From Octopus vulgaris (Eukaryota): a stretch of DNA of 64,000 bases. Of the stretch, positions 25,804 through 39,469 are shown in pieces. The stretch lies in assembly GCA_951406725.2 (NCBI GenBank), contig OX597815.1:108190001-108254000 (forward strand), written 5' to 3'. The notes beneath the pieces are model-generated. The model was not told where the DNA came from. It searched no databases and saw nothing but the letters and a program-made list of their open reading frames with translations. Position 1 is the first letter of the stretch; every line of letters starts with the position of its first letter. Position numbers and translations under genes: made by a program.

Positions 25804-25851
<48 letters not shown>

Positions 25852-26845
25852 GTAAAGCAATCTTTCCCATCTCAGATGAGTATTTATTATTAATTACTGG
25901 AAATCAAAACCACGTTTGGAAAACTTTGAAAAATGTCTTGAATCTCTAAAAACTGAAATTTTATTTTTAATTTCAATCAGTCAGATTTCCAAAATACAGG
26001 AGGTCAGAATTGCCATATATACCTATAATAATGTATTGAAGCATTATGAGCCTGGATTGAAATGAAACAAATTTGGCCCAATGGGAAGAAGCAAGATATT
26101 GAAAACCACAATGAACAGCCAAGTGGAGAATTAAAAACAGAGGATAATGCAATAAGTTATTTTCCACAGAAAGATATAATACCAAGGAATAGACATTGTT
26201 GACAAAAGCACCAAATGAAGATTTCTATTGTTGGTGAACCTATTGTATTGCAGCATCATTGGACAACATACAAAGTTTCTTCTTATTTGTCAGTTCTGGT
26301 CTCATGATGGATCCAGTAGTCAGATGACTGTTAGATATTCTAGACATTGTTAGGTTTTATTAGACAACTGCTGAATTAGGGACAACTGTCTCATCCTAGT
26401 TTATAGGGTTCTTCTTTTCTTTCATTAGAAATTCCAGTAAAATTAGGAAACAGTGATGAAAGAATAAGGAATCCCATTGATAACAGTAGTGTAAAATTGT
26501 CTTCTTGTTAAGGAATATAGTTGACTATTTCAGTATGAATAGTTTTCTAATTTGGAGAGTCTTGTCAAATATACTGCAGATTATGCTGAAAGGGACATAC
26601 CCTGTTCTCCAAGTCTCCTGATAAAATATGTTACTAGGGTACAATTTTCTTTGTTCTTGGGTCCTCAAGCAGTGTATATACAGATTGACTTTTCTTCTGA
26701 AGTAGTTGACTAGAACTCAGTGTACCTTTCTGGATTATCTTCATGTGAAATAAAAGTCAGCTGATAAACCTGTCTTGAGAAAGCAAAATCTCAGCAATGA
26801 ATGATGTCAGCTATTGCAGTTGGGTACCAAGAATATGAGATGCAT

Positions 26846-26886
<41 letters not shown>

Positions 26887-27040
26887 TATCATTTAACATC
26901 CATTGTCCATGCTAGCATGTGTTGGATGGTTTGACAGAATCTGGTAAGCCAGAAGGCTGCACCAAGCTTCACTGTCTGTTTTGGCATGGTTTTTATGGCT
27001 GGATGCCTTTCCTAATGCCAACAACCTTACGGAGTAGACT
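26846..27040 (-). mobile_element. RTE 3' tail with expanded (GAT)n
   Basis: (cat)n-atttaacatcc..ccatgctagcatg..ggctgcacca..ggatgcctttcctaatgcc. Confidence 0.8.
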
Positions 27041-28459
27041 CCTTGCTGAATAGAGTCTTTACAGAGTTGACTCCTTACAGAATGCTTTTCTCTCTTGCAG
27101 TGTATGGTTATTCTTCAGTTGTGAATTATTATTATCTGTGTGTGACTCTCATAGACTGTATTAACCAACTAATCAGTGAGATCTCAACATTGCTTCTTTT
27201 CATAGTTCTGCATAGATGTCTGACAGATGAAGCATTCTTAAAGCTGAAGATGGCTGAATAAACTGAATAATTATAACTATACTAACATCATATATTGTCT
27301 ACATCCTTTCTCTTCATACAAGTGTTCAATATGTCAAGTCGATGTTATTTGTTATTAATTAAGTTGAGACTTTAAAAGTGAGTGACATAGGCTTTGCAAA
27401 AATTTGTAAAGGGAATATAATGAACAGAAATTATGTGAAAGACTGTGTGAGGGACAGTTCCAATTCTTGGTAGTAGAGTAAATCTTTTGCCTAGTTTTGC
27501 ACCACAGTCTGTTGCTTAAAGATAATGTCCTCTCTGTTGCAAGCATTTAGACCAGTTATCAGATCTGAGGATAACTTCCTCCATTCCACCTTCAGTTCAG
27601 AGAACTCTGGAAAAGAGGCGTTACTGAAAATGTACTTCTACTTCAGACAAAGTCAGTGAAAATACAAAAGCCAACAAGAATGAGAATGGAAACAGAAAAA
27701 TGTATAAAAACCAATATCAGACAAGATCAAATATGACCATATAACCTTTACATCCTTTACAACAATACAAACAAATTAACTGAGAAAGACTGGGATAAAA
27801 TTCAGAGTGAAAATTGTTAAGAATTGTATTTCAAAGAGAATGATCTGCAAAGAGAAAATTTGACAGCAATCTATCGAGGAAACAATTTTAAACATAAATA
27901 ATTTTCAAACTGACAGAAACCAATTTTGAAGTATATCATTTTTTCTGACCTAGTTTCCAGCAAGTGGTTTATTTATATATTATTTTACACACACATATTT
28001 ATATGTATTTATGTATATATGTATAAATGTGTATATACATACATGTATGAATAAGTATGTATGTATACACATACATATGTATACACATGCATATGTATAT
28101 ATGTATATCTGTGCATATGCATATATGTATGCATAAGTATGTATATTTATATACACATATATATGTACACACACACACTCATTGTGTGTGTATATGTATA
28201 TGGAATATTAGTCAGCTGCAAACCAAAAGTGCATACCACTGCAATTAAAAATCACTTGAAAAAAGGACATGTATTGATTGAAGTTTGAATAGTTGGAGCA
28301 AAAGGAGAATAAAAAAGAAATTGAAATACAATGAAAGAGAAAAAAGTCGAATGACTGAATGATGAAAAATGTAATTGAGGAAGCAGAAAAAGAGAATGTA
28401 CAGATATTCAGACATTTATATACACACGCCAACACATCCACACAATCCTGGTATATACT

Positions 28460-28523
28460 CATCATCATCACCACCACCACCACCACCACCACCACACCAA
28501 ATCCACCACCACCACCACCACCA

Positions 28524-28561
<38 letters not shown>

Positions 28562-28620
28562 GTCATTTTAACGTCCACTTCCCCATACCTGCATAGGCTG
28601 GACGGAGTTTTTAGAAGCAG
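28460..28620 (-). repeat. (CAC)n/(CAT)n microsatellite grown from an RTE tail remnant
   Basis: The repeat is followed by tttaacgtccacttcccca, the reverse complement of the tail end. Confidence 0.7.
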
Positions 28621-28973
28621 ATTTTCTACAGCCAGAAGCCCTTTCAGCTGCCAATCCTTACCTGTTTCCAAGTAAAGTGATATTTCCCCATAGCAAGATA
28701 TATTTCTGTAGAATATTGGAAATGAATGACATTTATAACAACCATGCAATGTCAAGACAAGGAAGCAGAAGTATTCTCACACTCACACAATTAAATACAT
28801 ACATGCATACATACACAATACATACATACATACATACATACATACATACATACATACATACATACAAGCAAGCAAAAATACCTTGTTGTTGATGATGTTG
28901 AAGTTCCAATGAAGGAGCCTCGGATCTAGGTTAGAAAACGGTTCTTTCTCTATTGGCAAGAAATCTTGAAGTA

Positions 28974-29437
28974 GGAGCAGGAGTGGCTGTGTGGTAAGTA
29001 GCTTGCTTACCAACCACATGGTTCTGGGTTCAGTCCAACTGTGTGGAACCTTGGGCAAGTGTCTTCTACTAGAGCCTTGGTCCAACCAAAGCCTTGTGAG
29101 TGGATTTGGTAGACGGAAACTGAAAGAAGTCCATCATATATATGTGTTTGTGTGTCTGTGTTTGTCCCCACCAACATTGCTTGACAACCGATATGTGTTT
29201 GTGTGTCTGTGTGTGTGTGTGTATATGTTTGTGCATCTGTGTTTGTCACCCCAACATCACTTGACAACCGATGCTGGTTTGTTTACGTTCCTGTAACTTA
29301 GTGGTTTGGCAAAAGTGACCGATAGAATAAGTACTAGGCTTACAAAGAATAAGTCCTGGGGTCGATTTGCTCAACTAAAGGCGGTGCTCCAGCATGGCCA
29401 CAGTCAAATGACTGAAACAATTAAAAGAATAAAAGAA
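28974..29437 (+). mobile_element. SINE family B, full length, with internal ~70-90-bp duplication
   Basis: Head ggagcaggagtggctgtgtggtaag; ccttgggcaagtg; cttgacaaccgat occurs twice; tail aaaagaataaaagaat. Confidence 0.9.
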
Positions 29438-29615
29438 TGCCTACATACATACATACAAACAAACATACATACATACATACATACATGCATGCATGCATGC
29501 ATATAAATATATCATATATATCTATCTATCATTTAATATACACAATTACAAAAGAGCTACTAGTTGTTTCATGATTTAAGATACATTAAGATAGACTATC
29601 CATGCCAGTATAGGC

Positions 29616-30033
29616 AAAGGCAGCAAGCTGGCAGAAATGTTAGCATGCCGGGCGAAATGCTTACCAGTATTTCGTCTGCCGTTATGTTGTGAGTTCAAAT
29701 TCCGCTGAGGTCGACTTTGCCTTTCATCCTTTCAGGGTCGATAAATTAAGTACCAGTTACGCACTGGGGTTGATGCAATCGACTTCATCCCTTTGTCTGT
29801 CCTGGTTTGTCCATTCTATGTTTAGCCTCTTGTGGGTAGTAAAGAAATAGGTATTTTGTCTGCTGTTATGTTCTGAGTTCAAATTCTGCTGAGGTCGACC
29901 TTGCCTTTCATTCTTTTGGGGTCAATAAAGTAAGTACCAGTTGCGCACTGAGGTCGATGTAATCGACTTAATCCCTTTGTCAGTCCTTATTTGTCCCCTC
30001 TATGTTTAGCCCCTTGTGGGCAATAAAGAAATA
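29616..30033 (+). mobile_element. Dimeric SINE A
   Basis: Full monomer plus a headless second monomer, both ending tttagcc.cttgtggg..taaagaaata. Confidence 0.9.
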
Positions 30034-30329
30034 AGTATGGACAATGGATATTAAATGAGGATGATATGGATTCACACACACACACACACATGAAGATATG
30101 TGTCTTAAAAGTGGAAGCATGGCTGTTTGGTTGGGTTCAATCTCTCAGTATGCAATTTGGGGCAAGTGGAAGAATTTGAAGGATTGCTTTGATATAATGG
30201 TAGAATGTCTCTCATGTATATAGAATATGTGAGATTGAGTTCTATTAGCAACCTTTAACTTTTTCCATTCAAAGAGTTTTTTAAACTAATATTTACACAT
30301 TTTTATTATTTATAGCCTTATGTAAAGTG

Positions 30330-30420
30330 CCAGCTGGCCAAATTGTTAGGATGCTGAGCAAAATACTTACTGGCATTTTGTCTGCCTTTACATTCTGTGC
30401 TTGAATTCTACCAAGGCTGT
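30330..30420 (+). mobile_element. Degenerate SINE A head
   Basis: agctggccaaattgttagg...ggcattttgtctgcc...gaattctaccaagg. Confidence 0.55.
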
Positions 30421-32799
30421 GGTCAATGTTAGGACTCATGCCCTAACCTGAAATTGCCTGATTTCTGCCAAAATTTGGAGCCATATATTTCAGAAAGTTG
30501 TTCTTAAATACTGAGAGTGTATTAATTCTATTAAAAATTGTGCTAAGGCAGATGACTGTCACTAAAAAAAAACTTTATTGATGGATATGTGAATGTTTTG
30601 TTTTTGTTATTTATCAATATGTGACCTTCTTTCAGAGTATGAAATATATAACAATAAATGTGTTCAATTTTCTAGGTATAACTAGGTCAATGGTCTTTTG
30701 TAGTCTGAATGGTAGGTTTGTAGACCAGCTATCTCAGAGTCTCTTAGCCTTAACAATCAATTGTGTGATGAATGCAATAATGAAAGAAATATGTAAACAT
30801 CAAGGTGATGTGTGTATGTGTGTGTGTGGGGGAGATGTGATTTGTGTTGGAGGAGTAGAGAGAGAAAGATGAAACTTACATTAAGAAAATCAACTGGATT
30901 CAGTTAATGATATAAGAGTAACATCATTCTATATATTGAAATTAAAATAGAGCAGTTCACATAAAATTTTTGGTATGATCATGGAAGATATTGAAAATAG
31001 AATTTAAGAGTTTTTATCCATTTAACATAAAGATCACTCTGTCAAATGTAATGCTTATTTATTCAGTTTATTTTGAATTAATCACAGGTTTAAGATTTTG
31101 TTGATGTGATTGTTTATTTTTAATATGACATTATAGGGTAGGCATGAGATGCCAAATCTGGTTGGTTTAAACATAAAACAGGAGGAATGTTTGAGCCAGC
31201 AATGGCTAGTTTAAATACTATAGAATTAGACTGAAGCCAGATTTCTTTATGCTAGGGATGTTGAGCCTAGCTTTTTTTCTTGTGCCTGGGTATCTGCATT
31301 TTAATTTGATAGTAGAATGAGAGCATTTGCTTTATAAAACTTCCACATTGCTGTATTCTACTAGGTGATCAATAGAGAGGGATTAAATCTACAGCTGGTA
31401 CACTCTGAAAATAATGCTGTGAGCAACATATTTATTTATGCCAGTCAAATATGCACTAGCAGGTAATAATGTCTTAATTAGCTGAAATTGCAAAAGTTTT
31501 ATAAGCTGTACAAGGTTGTTTTTACACGGCATGAATAGTTGATACTGTAATAAGAATGATGGAAATATAAAATATACACTTGAAAATAGTTTACAAACAG
31601 GTGAATGTTATGTGTGAGTATATTTTACTGAGGTAATAATGGTGGAGGGAAGAAGAGAAAGAGAGGAAAAAGAAGGAAGTGAGAATAAGCAGTGATAGGT
31701 ATAACACTTTTCATGAAGAAGGATTAAGTAAATGAGAGAGTGAAGAGAGGTAGGGAGAGAAATAAAACTGAGCAGTGGTCAATATAAAAAGCCTAAAGCT
31801 GAGAGAAAATCAAAACCAAAGAAGATCACAGAGAAGAAGTGAAGTAAGAGAAAAGAAAAGGAGAGAATAAATGGAATAGATAAATATTTAGACAGAAAGG
31901 GAAAGAAAGAAGAAAAAAGAACGCAGAATAAAGAGAGTGAAGGTGAGTAGACAGAAGAAGTGGTTGAACAAAATAAGAAACGTATTTATGTAAAAAACAA
32001 AGAAAAGGAAAAAAAATGGTAATTGTAAACCAAAATGGCTGCTGTTTTTCCTTGTGCTATAAAATAGAAATAGATTGTTGATATTCTTATAGGAAACAAA
32101 GGCAAAAATAAAAAATAAATAAAACAAAAAAAAGAAGAAATAAAAAGAAAAAAGAAACTTACAAAATGTAAGCAGAGAAAATATAGATTAAAAAACACAT
32201 ATACACATATAAACTTTTAGCAACAACAGAACAAACAATAGCATTTTAGTGATAATCTTGAAATTGTATTTGAAAACTCTTCAAATTTTAGTTTTACTAA
32301 AAAAAATAAGAGAAAAAAAAAAGCACAGTTGCCAAGTTTAAATCTCAAGAGGCGTGTACTAACATCTCTCGCATTTCTGCTTCCAATTGAAGTATATAAA
32401 CATTTATATATGGAATATAGGTTCAAGTGTGTATATATAATACAAGTACCTCAATAAATAAATGTGTGGGTGTTTGTGTGTATATGTATATAGGTATATA
32501 TATGTACATACATACAAACATACGTACATACATGCATGTATACATACATACATACATACATATATACATACATACATACATACATATGTATGTGTGTATA
32601 TATATGTACATGTGTGTTTCTATGAATATATGTGTATATGTACATGTATGATCACTTCATCTTGACAGATTATAGCTGTCTCGATTAATCTCAATTATCC
32701 TGATAATCTCCATTACATCTGTTCACTCTGAGATGGCTCTTAAGACTAGCAGCTAACTGGCAAGGTTTCAAATGTGTGACAGATAAGATTACAAACTTC

Positions 32800-33335
32800 C
32801 AGAGGGTTTACATAGCTTCCTTGTGCGATGGCAATCTTATGCACTTTCATATCTCTTTTCAAACATGGGTTACTCAGATTTTTCCACATACAATAGAGGT
32901 GTTGTTACCTTTAAAAGGTGGCAAATAATCATTAGATGCATCTTGATTACACAAATTACTCTGTGATTTCGCGTGGTTTATGTAACCAGCTTTTGACAAG
33001 AAATGCCAGTCACAATGTCTACATTTCCAATTCTTAATTTTATCTGGTGCATGCACCAGATCTCAAAGTATGTTTTAGCGGTTTAATCTGGCTTTTGGTT
33101 AGCTTAAAGCTGGCAATATCAAGCTTCATCAGAGACATCTATTTCTATCTGTAACTTTCTCTTCCCTGAATTGAACATCTATTTTCAGTTCCATTAAGTT
33201 GTCATGATTACAGTCTTTGTACTCTTTCTCTGGCTTATGCTGTGGTTGTCTTCCAAACAGAAACACCTCATAAAACAACTACTTGGGTGGTCTCCCATCT
33301 AACATAACTACAAGGTGCCCAGCATTTGATTTTGT
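32800..33335 (-). mobile_element. Degenerate RTE-type LINE 3' end with C2H2 finger
   Basis: AGHLVVMLDGRPPK*LFYE..GRQPQHKPEKEYKDC..; WKCRHCDWHFLSKAGYINHAKS. Confidence 0.65.
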
Positions 33336-33599
33336 TCTATACGTAACTCAATAGACACACAGTCAGGTCACTGAAGTATTTCACACACACACACGCACAC
33401 ACACACATGCACGTGTACATGTGTGAGTGCATGTCTGTGTGTATGTATGTATGTGTGTGTGTGTATATATATATATATATACATACACACACATATATAT
33501 ATGTATGTACATATATACATATACATACACACACACACACAAGCATATATACACAGACATGCACTCACACATGTACATATATATATATGTAAAAGCACC

Positions 33600-33825
33600 A
33601 ACCTATCATGGCTGTTTGCCAGCTTTCTCTGGCCCCTGTGTCGGTGGCACGTAAAAAACACCCACTACACTCATGGAGTGGTTGGCGTTAGGAAGGGCAT
33701 CCAGCTGTAGAAACACTGCCAAATCAGACTAGAGCCTGGTGCAGCCTCCATGGCTTACCAGACCCCGGTTGAACCGTCCAACCCATGCTAGCATGGAAAA
33801 CGGACGTTAAATGATGATGATGATA
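33600..33825 (+). mobile_element. RTE 3' tail / RTE-related SINE
   Basis: ggtggcacgtaaaaaacacccactacac...taggaagggcatccagctgtagaaac...catggaaaacggacgttaaa(tga)n. Confidence 0.9.
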
Positions 33826-33843
33826 TATACATACACATATATA

Positions 33844-34330
33844 TCAGGTCATTAAGAATGAAATGTCCGATTTTGAATTGAAAGATTATTTTACTCTATC
33901 TCAACAAAAAGCAATGTAGTTAATCAAAGTATGTACCTAAATTATCAACATAATTTTGCCACTTTATTGGTAGCTTATTTATGCCAGCAACAAAGAATTC
34001 TGGAGAGTAAGAGGTGATGAAATCACAAAAGGCTGTTTTTGCATCTTCTTCAGATTTGAAGTTTTTCCTTGCAAAAAAGTTGTCCAATGCCTGGGAAACA
34101 TGATAGTCAGTTGGTGCAAGGTCTGGTAAATATAGTGGTTGATGACAGAGTACTTCCAAGTTTAGTTGCTGTAAATTGAGTAGTATTCTTTGTGCAACCT
34201 TTTGTTTAGCATTGTCTTGCAAGAGAATTGGCTTGTCTCTGTTGACCAATCTTGGTTGTTTAATTGCAAGTTCACTCAGCATTTCATCCAGTTGGTTGAT
34301 GTATACATCTGCTGTAATTCAGTAAGTCAG
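33844..34330 (-). mobile_element. Mariner (DD34D) transposon 3' fragment
   Basis: ILLQDNAK...HQPLYLPDLAPTDYH...GINKLPIKWQNYVDNLGTYFD*; TIR-like end TA|tcaggtcattaagaatgaaatgtccg. Confidence 0.9.
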
Positions 34331-34334
34331 GCCT

Positions 34335-34660
34335 GGTAATGAACACGTTTGGATGGTACTTTTTATGTACCATTGGCACAAGAACTAGTCAGGGGATACT
34401 GGCATCAGTCACGATCAGTTGGTGCTTTTTACATGCCACCGGCACAGGAGCCAGTCAGGCAGACTTGGCATCGACCATGTTTGAATGGTGCTTTTTACAT
34501 GCCATTGGCATGGGAGCTAGTCGGGGGACTCTGGCTCCAGCTACGATATTCGTTTTAATTAACTCAACAGGTCTTCTCAAGTATATCATATCACCCAATG
34601 CATCAGGAGTATTCTTAAAAGGCCTGGACGTGCATGGCTGTGATCTCACAGCCATGGCCA
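34335..34660 (-). mobile_element. RTE 3' UTR fragment with internal repeats
   Basis: Three ggtgctttttacatgcca-like units, as at 59460-59490 and 39500-39650. Confidence 0.7.
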
Positions 34661-35475
34661 CTTAGCTCACTTTTGTTTAAATAATGCAAATTATTTAGGC
34701 CGTTACTGTATTCTCTTGTTTTCTATAAATTGAAGTACATTGGCTGCTGGGAATAAGGTCAAGCAATTGACATGGTAATGAAAGCTTTTGAGCCATGTCT
34801 CCATGAATATCCTCTTTTCTCTGGACTACAAGCTTGTTGCTTTTCTTGATGGCATATTAATTTTAGGGATTTTTAAATCTCAGGATTATCTCCCCTTCAC
34901 AAGCAGAGCTAGCCATAATTGCCAGTTGGTCATTATGATACATCCTTTAGTGGTGGAGCTAATTTTACTATATCAATAATTTTTGTTGAAAGGTTTCTCT
35001 CTCTCTCTCTCGATTTATCTATATTTATATATATATATAGTTCAAATTTAAGGAAAACAAAAGATGAAGACAGGCGAGAGAACAACAAGCAGGTGTAGTA
35101 GTTCGATGCTCGAGAAGAATGGAAGTCATTGATGTTTCAAACCTATGTTCTTTGACAGAAAGGACTGAGAGGGAAAAAATGGAAGAAAAAAACGAAAAAA
35201 AAATGGGGAGAGAAAAAAATGTGTAAGGATTAATGATTCAACATATGTGTGTGCATGTATGTGTGTGTGTGAGTGTTTATATACAGATGAATGATTTGGC
35301 TCCATATGATTTAAAGAGCCTAGGACATAGAACATATTCATATCATCTATTGATGTAGACATACTCTGCACCCATGATCTTTAAAAAAATATGACACTAA
35401 GTCAAACTTTTATTAAATACATAGAATTCCAACCAAATAGGTTGAACACAATGTTCTTTTGCTTATTCACTCACT

Positions 35476-35529
<54 letters not shown>

Positions 35530-35639
35530 TACATACTGCTTTTCTCTCCCACCCTTTCCTATTCTTCTCCTCTCCCCTTTACTGTTCCCTCTCTCTTACT
35601 CCTCCTCCTCCTCCTCCTCCTCCTCGACTCTCTTGTCAC

Positions 35640-36115
35640 TGACACGTGACCAGAGGGAAGCCATCTTTCTGACTGCTATCTTCACCAAGATAAGACTGCT
35701 TATCCTGTCTCTCTCATAATAAGCTGTCTCCTCAAGTGTTCAAAATTATTTTTCCATCATCTTGGCTTAACAGCCCTCATCATTTGTTTTTACTGTGTTA
35801 TTCTCTTTGTTCTGTCTTTTACTGTTTTTAATGTCTTGTTTTGTTCTTACTGTCCTGTTCTTGATGCCACTTTTACCCCTCTGCAAAGAATCCCAAATTT
35901 TATTTAATTTGCTTTGCAGGAACAACTGTTTCAACGAAGTTGCGTCTTGTCCTTACCTTCTAAATGTGGAGTAGACGAAACAGGGACAACTGAAGAAGGG
36001 GAATATTCCTTGTGTTGTATGTCTTGTACTCTGTTCTTTCATTGTTTGAAAAATGGTTCGTTTCTCATTGTGTTCAACGTTTTTTTGATGTCTTGTACCC
36101 ATATATGTATGCATA
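35640..36115 (+). mobile_element. Second copy of the unclassified ~480-bp repeat
   Basis: Colinear with 8650-9130. Confidence 0.55.
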
Positions 36116-37099
36116 TATACATATAGATGTAGGTATGTACATATATGTATGTATATATGCATATATTTATATATTATTTATATTATTACATACATACATA
36201 CTTTTTCATAATTCCTTATTCACAGAAAGGAGATTCAATTTCACAAAAATATGTGTGCTTATAATATAGTTTTCTATTGAGTGATGGAAGTCTGCTTTTG
36301 AGAGAAGAAACAATATCTCAAAGAATCTTTGCTGGATGATGGTAAATAAAGTTATATTTTAACTTGTGATTACTGCATAAGTATATTTGATAAATTACAA
36401 AAACATGAACTAATGGAAACTGAAGTGAGCCAATGACATCCATCTATTTAGGTAGCTTGGGTTATTGGGCATGTGCTGAAAGGTTTATGCAAAATAATTC
36501 ATATTGAATTGAAATTTGTCTTTTGTTACGAAAAGAAACAAATAGTATTGGTAATTGATAGTGATTCTAAAAGAAACAGAGGAATATTTCCTAGTAATTA
36601 AGAATGAATTTCATAGCAAACTGAAGCTTTGCCTAGGGAAAAAATTTGATCTTTCTTAGTAGTCAAAGTCACAGCTACTGGAAATGTTCATATCATATTT
36701 GATCTCATTGAAACATTGTTTACAAGCTGCCTTTGATTATGATAGAAGATTTTAGAAGGGCAGTAAACTATGAGGAGAAGAGGTCATGATAATAATAGTA
36801 AAAGCAGAGAGATATGACAGAACATCTGTGGCGCTCTAGTTGATGCCTGTTTGTGATTGACTTCTTGTTAATTATTTGTGTTGCCTTTCTCGGGTACCTC
36901 TTAAGTTGTTGCAAGTCAATTTCTAAAAATATACATGCTCAAAGAGTTCAAGAGTTCTGATGTTCTGTATATAGAGAACTTGAGTGTAATAACAAGTGTG
37001 TGGTGTGCAAAGTATATGAGATGTGTGTATGGAGGGAGGTTTGCCAGAATGTAGGTGATAAGAATAAAAAAAACAAAAGAGTCCTACAATCAGTTTTTA

Positions 37100-38880
37100 T
37101 GGTAAAATTTCCTTCTAGATGTTGTCAACAATTTTGCTGATGTTGTGGGCAATGACACATCTTTTATGTCTGGTGGGCAAGATCCCATTGTGGATGACAT
37201 AGGAGTAGGTCTCCCATAAATCTGATTTTATTCCGCCAAGGTTGACTTTGCGTTTCATTCTTTCGGGATTGATTAATCAAATACCAGTTGCATACTGGGG
37301 TCGATTTAATTGATTGTCCCCCCCTTCCCCAAAATTTAGGGCTTTGTGCCTAGAGTAGTAAAGAATAAATCTGATTTTATGAAAGTTGTACAATTCTTTA
37401 CTCAGGAGGAAGAGATATTCAAGGTAGTGGAAGAGGTGGTAGGTCACAGCTGTCTCCATCAACTTTAATATGTTGGAAGTTTGTATGTTTGGAAGGTAAC
37501 TGGCAGGGTCAGAGTTATTGCTTTTCTTGAACATAGGACACACTGTACTGTATTTTTAAATATTTGGATATATCCCCATGGAATGAGAGACATTGATGAG
37601 TATACTGACTGACTCTACAACACACTGTCTGAATGTAATGGAAGGGATATTGTCAGGGTTGGTAGTATTTTTGGTCTAAAATAATTAGAAGTTCTTTTTG
37701 TACCTGGCATGTGCATGATGGTAAACTTGAGCGTATAAAGGGGTAGTTTGGGAGATTTATGTGGTATGTGGAGTTGCATGCATAACTAATAATAATCTAG
37801 AGGGGTATTTTTCTTTGCAGGTACTGCTCACAGAACCATTATGGTTGAAAGTATAGGAAAGAAGAATACAACACAATTGGCAGAGACCCTTTTCACAAAT
37901 GGATCAGCTGCAGTTTGAAAGCTGAATAAATCACCAAGGTATTCTTTGCAGTTCAGTTGATGGTCTTGTAGAAGTTATGGCACTGAATAAAGGCATTCCT
38001 GTTTGTGGTGCTTTGTGGTTTTCTCCAAGTGTTAACTGCTATGTTTATTCCTTGAACTGACATAATGCAGTTATGAATGAAACACTTGAAGCATTAAGGG
38101 CTGTGAGTTTTTGTTGTACATAGCATATGGAAGGACAATACTTAAGAGATGATTTTAGTAATTTACTTAATTGTTTCTGATGGGTCAAGAATGAAGCACA
38201 TGTGATGTCAAGGATGGTTAATAGAACTAGTAGAGCACAGACCAGTCAGCTGACTGAAGTACCAATGTGTTGGGGAGGTGGTGGAGTGTAATGTATAATA
38301 TGTGGATGTGTGATGTGTAGTCACAAGGAAGATGTTGGTTGGCCAGATACAGAGTTACAGAGATAGAAATAGTTTGATAGGAGCAGGATTTGGAGTTAAG
38401 AATTGAATCAGAAGTGTTTTGAGTACCTTTGTGTCAGTCAAAGATGTGAATAGAGGATGAAAATATTTGATATAGGGGGTTTAGGATTACAAAAGAATTG
38501 GATTCTACATTGGCAGCAACAGAATAGAATGAATATGACAACCAAGCAGAGTTTTGAGCACAGAAGTCAGCAAAGATGACTTCAGAGAGTGGTGAAGCGA
38601 GAGAAATGTATATCCACGTGACAAGAAGAAACAAGAGCAAAATTTTGAGCAGTTCAGGAACTGATAGAGGAAGCACTTGTATTTGGAAAATTGTTGGTGG
38701 CGGGGGGGAGGGGGTCTTTGGTGATATCTTTATGGGGAAGCTGAATGATGAGGAGAGTTGTATCTATGCACAAACACTACATTTTGGAATGAAGTTTGAG
38801 CATAGAATGTAGCCTGAACAACAAATATGGATTCTAGATAGTAACTGAGGAATTTTTACATTAGTGAACAATAGAATATG
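37100..38880 (-). mobile_element. Highly degenerate CR1/L2-group LINE (APE remnant and RT N-terminus)
   Basis: CPMFKKSNNSDPASYLPNIQTSNILKLMETAV..HL..YLE..LLSKELYNFHKIR resembles P.FKKG..DP.NYRPISLTS...Q.GFR; FADFCAQNSAWL resembles GDFNAHN..W. Confidence 0.65.
37232..37364 (+). mobile_element. 5'-truncated SINE A nested in the CR1/L2 remnant
   Basis: 16-bp TSD ataaatctgattttat at 37216-37231 and 37365-37380. Confidence 0.85.
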
Positions 38881-38896
38881 TGACTTATATATATTA

Positions 38897-39017
38897 ACTA
38901 GCAGTATAACTTGGCTTTGTTTGGAATTAAGTTAGGATTATTGAGCTAATCAAGTTCTTTATTTCAAACCAAACTAAGTAATATCGACGTCAAATTTGGG
39001 CGAAATCCGTTGAAATT

Positions 39018-39068
<51 letters not shown>

Positions 39069-39460
39069 GTATGTATGTGAGTATGTATATATGTATATAT
39101 ATGGGTAACACACACATACACACATGTACGTATGTATACCTATTGCATACATGTTTTTTGTACGCATACATGTTCACGCGCGTGTTGCCCTTATATCAAC
39201 AAAACACTTCCTTCCTCGATGGAAAAAACAACAAAAGTCTTAACAAAAACTTACTCATCGCTAGAAGGGGACTGAACTCCTGTTTGCAAACAATAGTCAT
39301 TTCTCCAACTTGAAAATTGTTAAAAGTTTTGGTTGAAAATTTATTTTTACTGCTATTTGCTGGTGCCTCTGGTAAAAATAAGTTGACAAAAATACAGCTA
39401 GGGTCATGATGAATGCCCTCCTAAAATTGGAGCAACATGCGTGCTAATTTGTGGATGTGC
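38897..39460 (-). mobile_element. Helitron-like non-autonomous element (degenerate; 5' boundary uncertain)
   Basis: actagcagtataacttggctttgtttgg resembles the reverse complement of the Helitron 3' end at 48225-48256 (actagcagtatcgcccggcgttgctcgg). Confidence 0.5.
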
Positions 39461-39469
39461 ATCAATTAC

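Noticed and set aside
28375-28596. Poly-His/poly-Pro ORFs
   Set aside because: (CAC)n/(CAT)n repeat adjoining an RTE tail.
31015-31230. Possible piggyBac-like MITE
   Set aside because: Termini and TTAA sites are too degenerate to verify.
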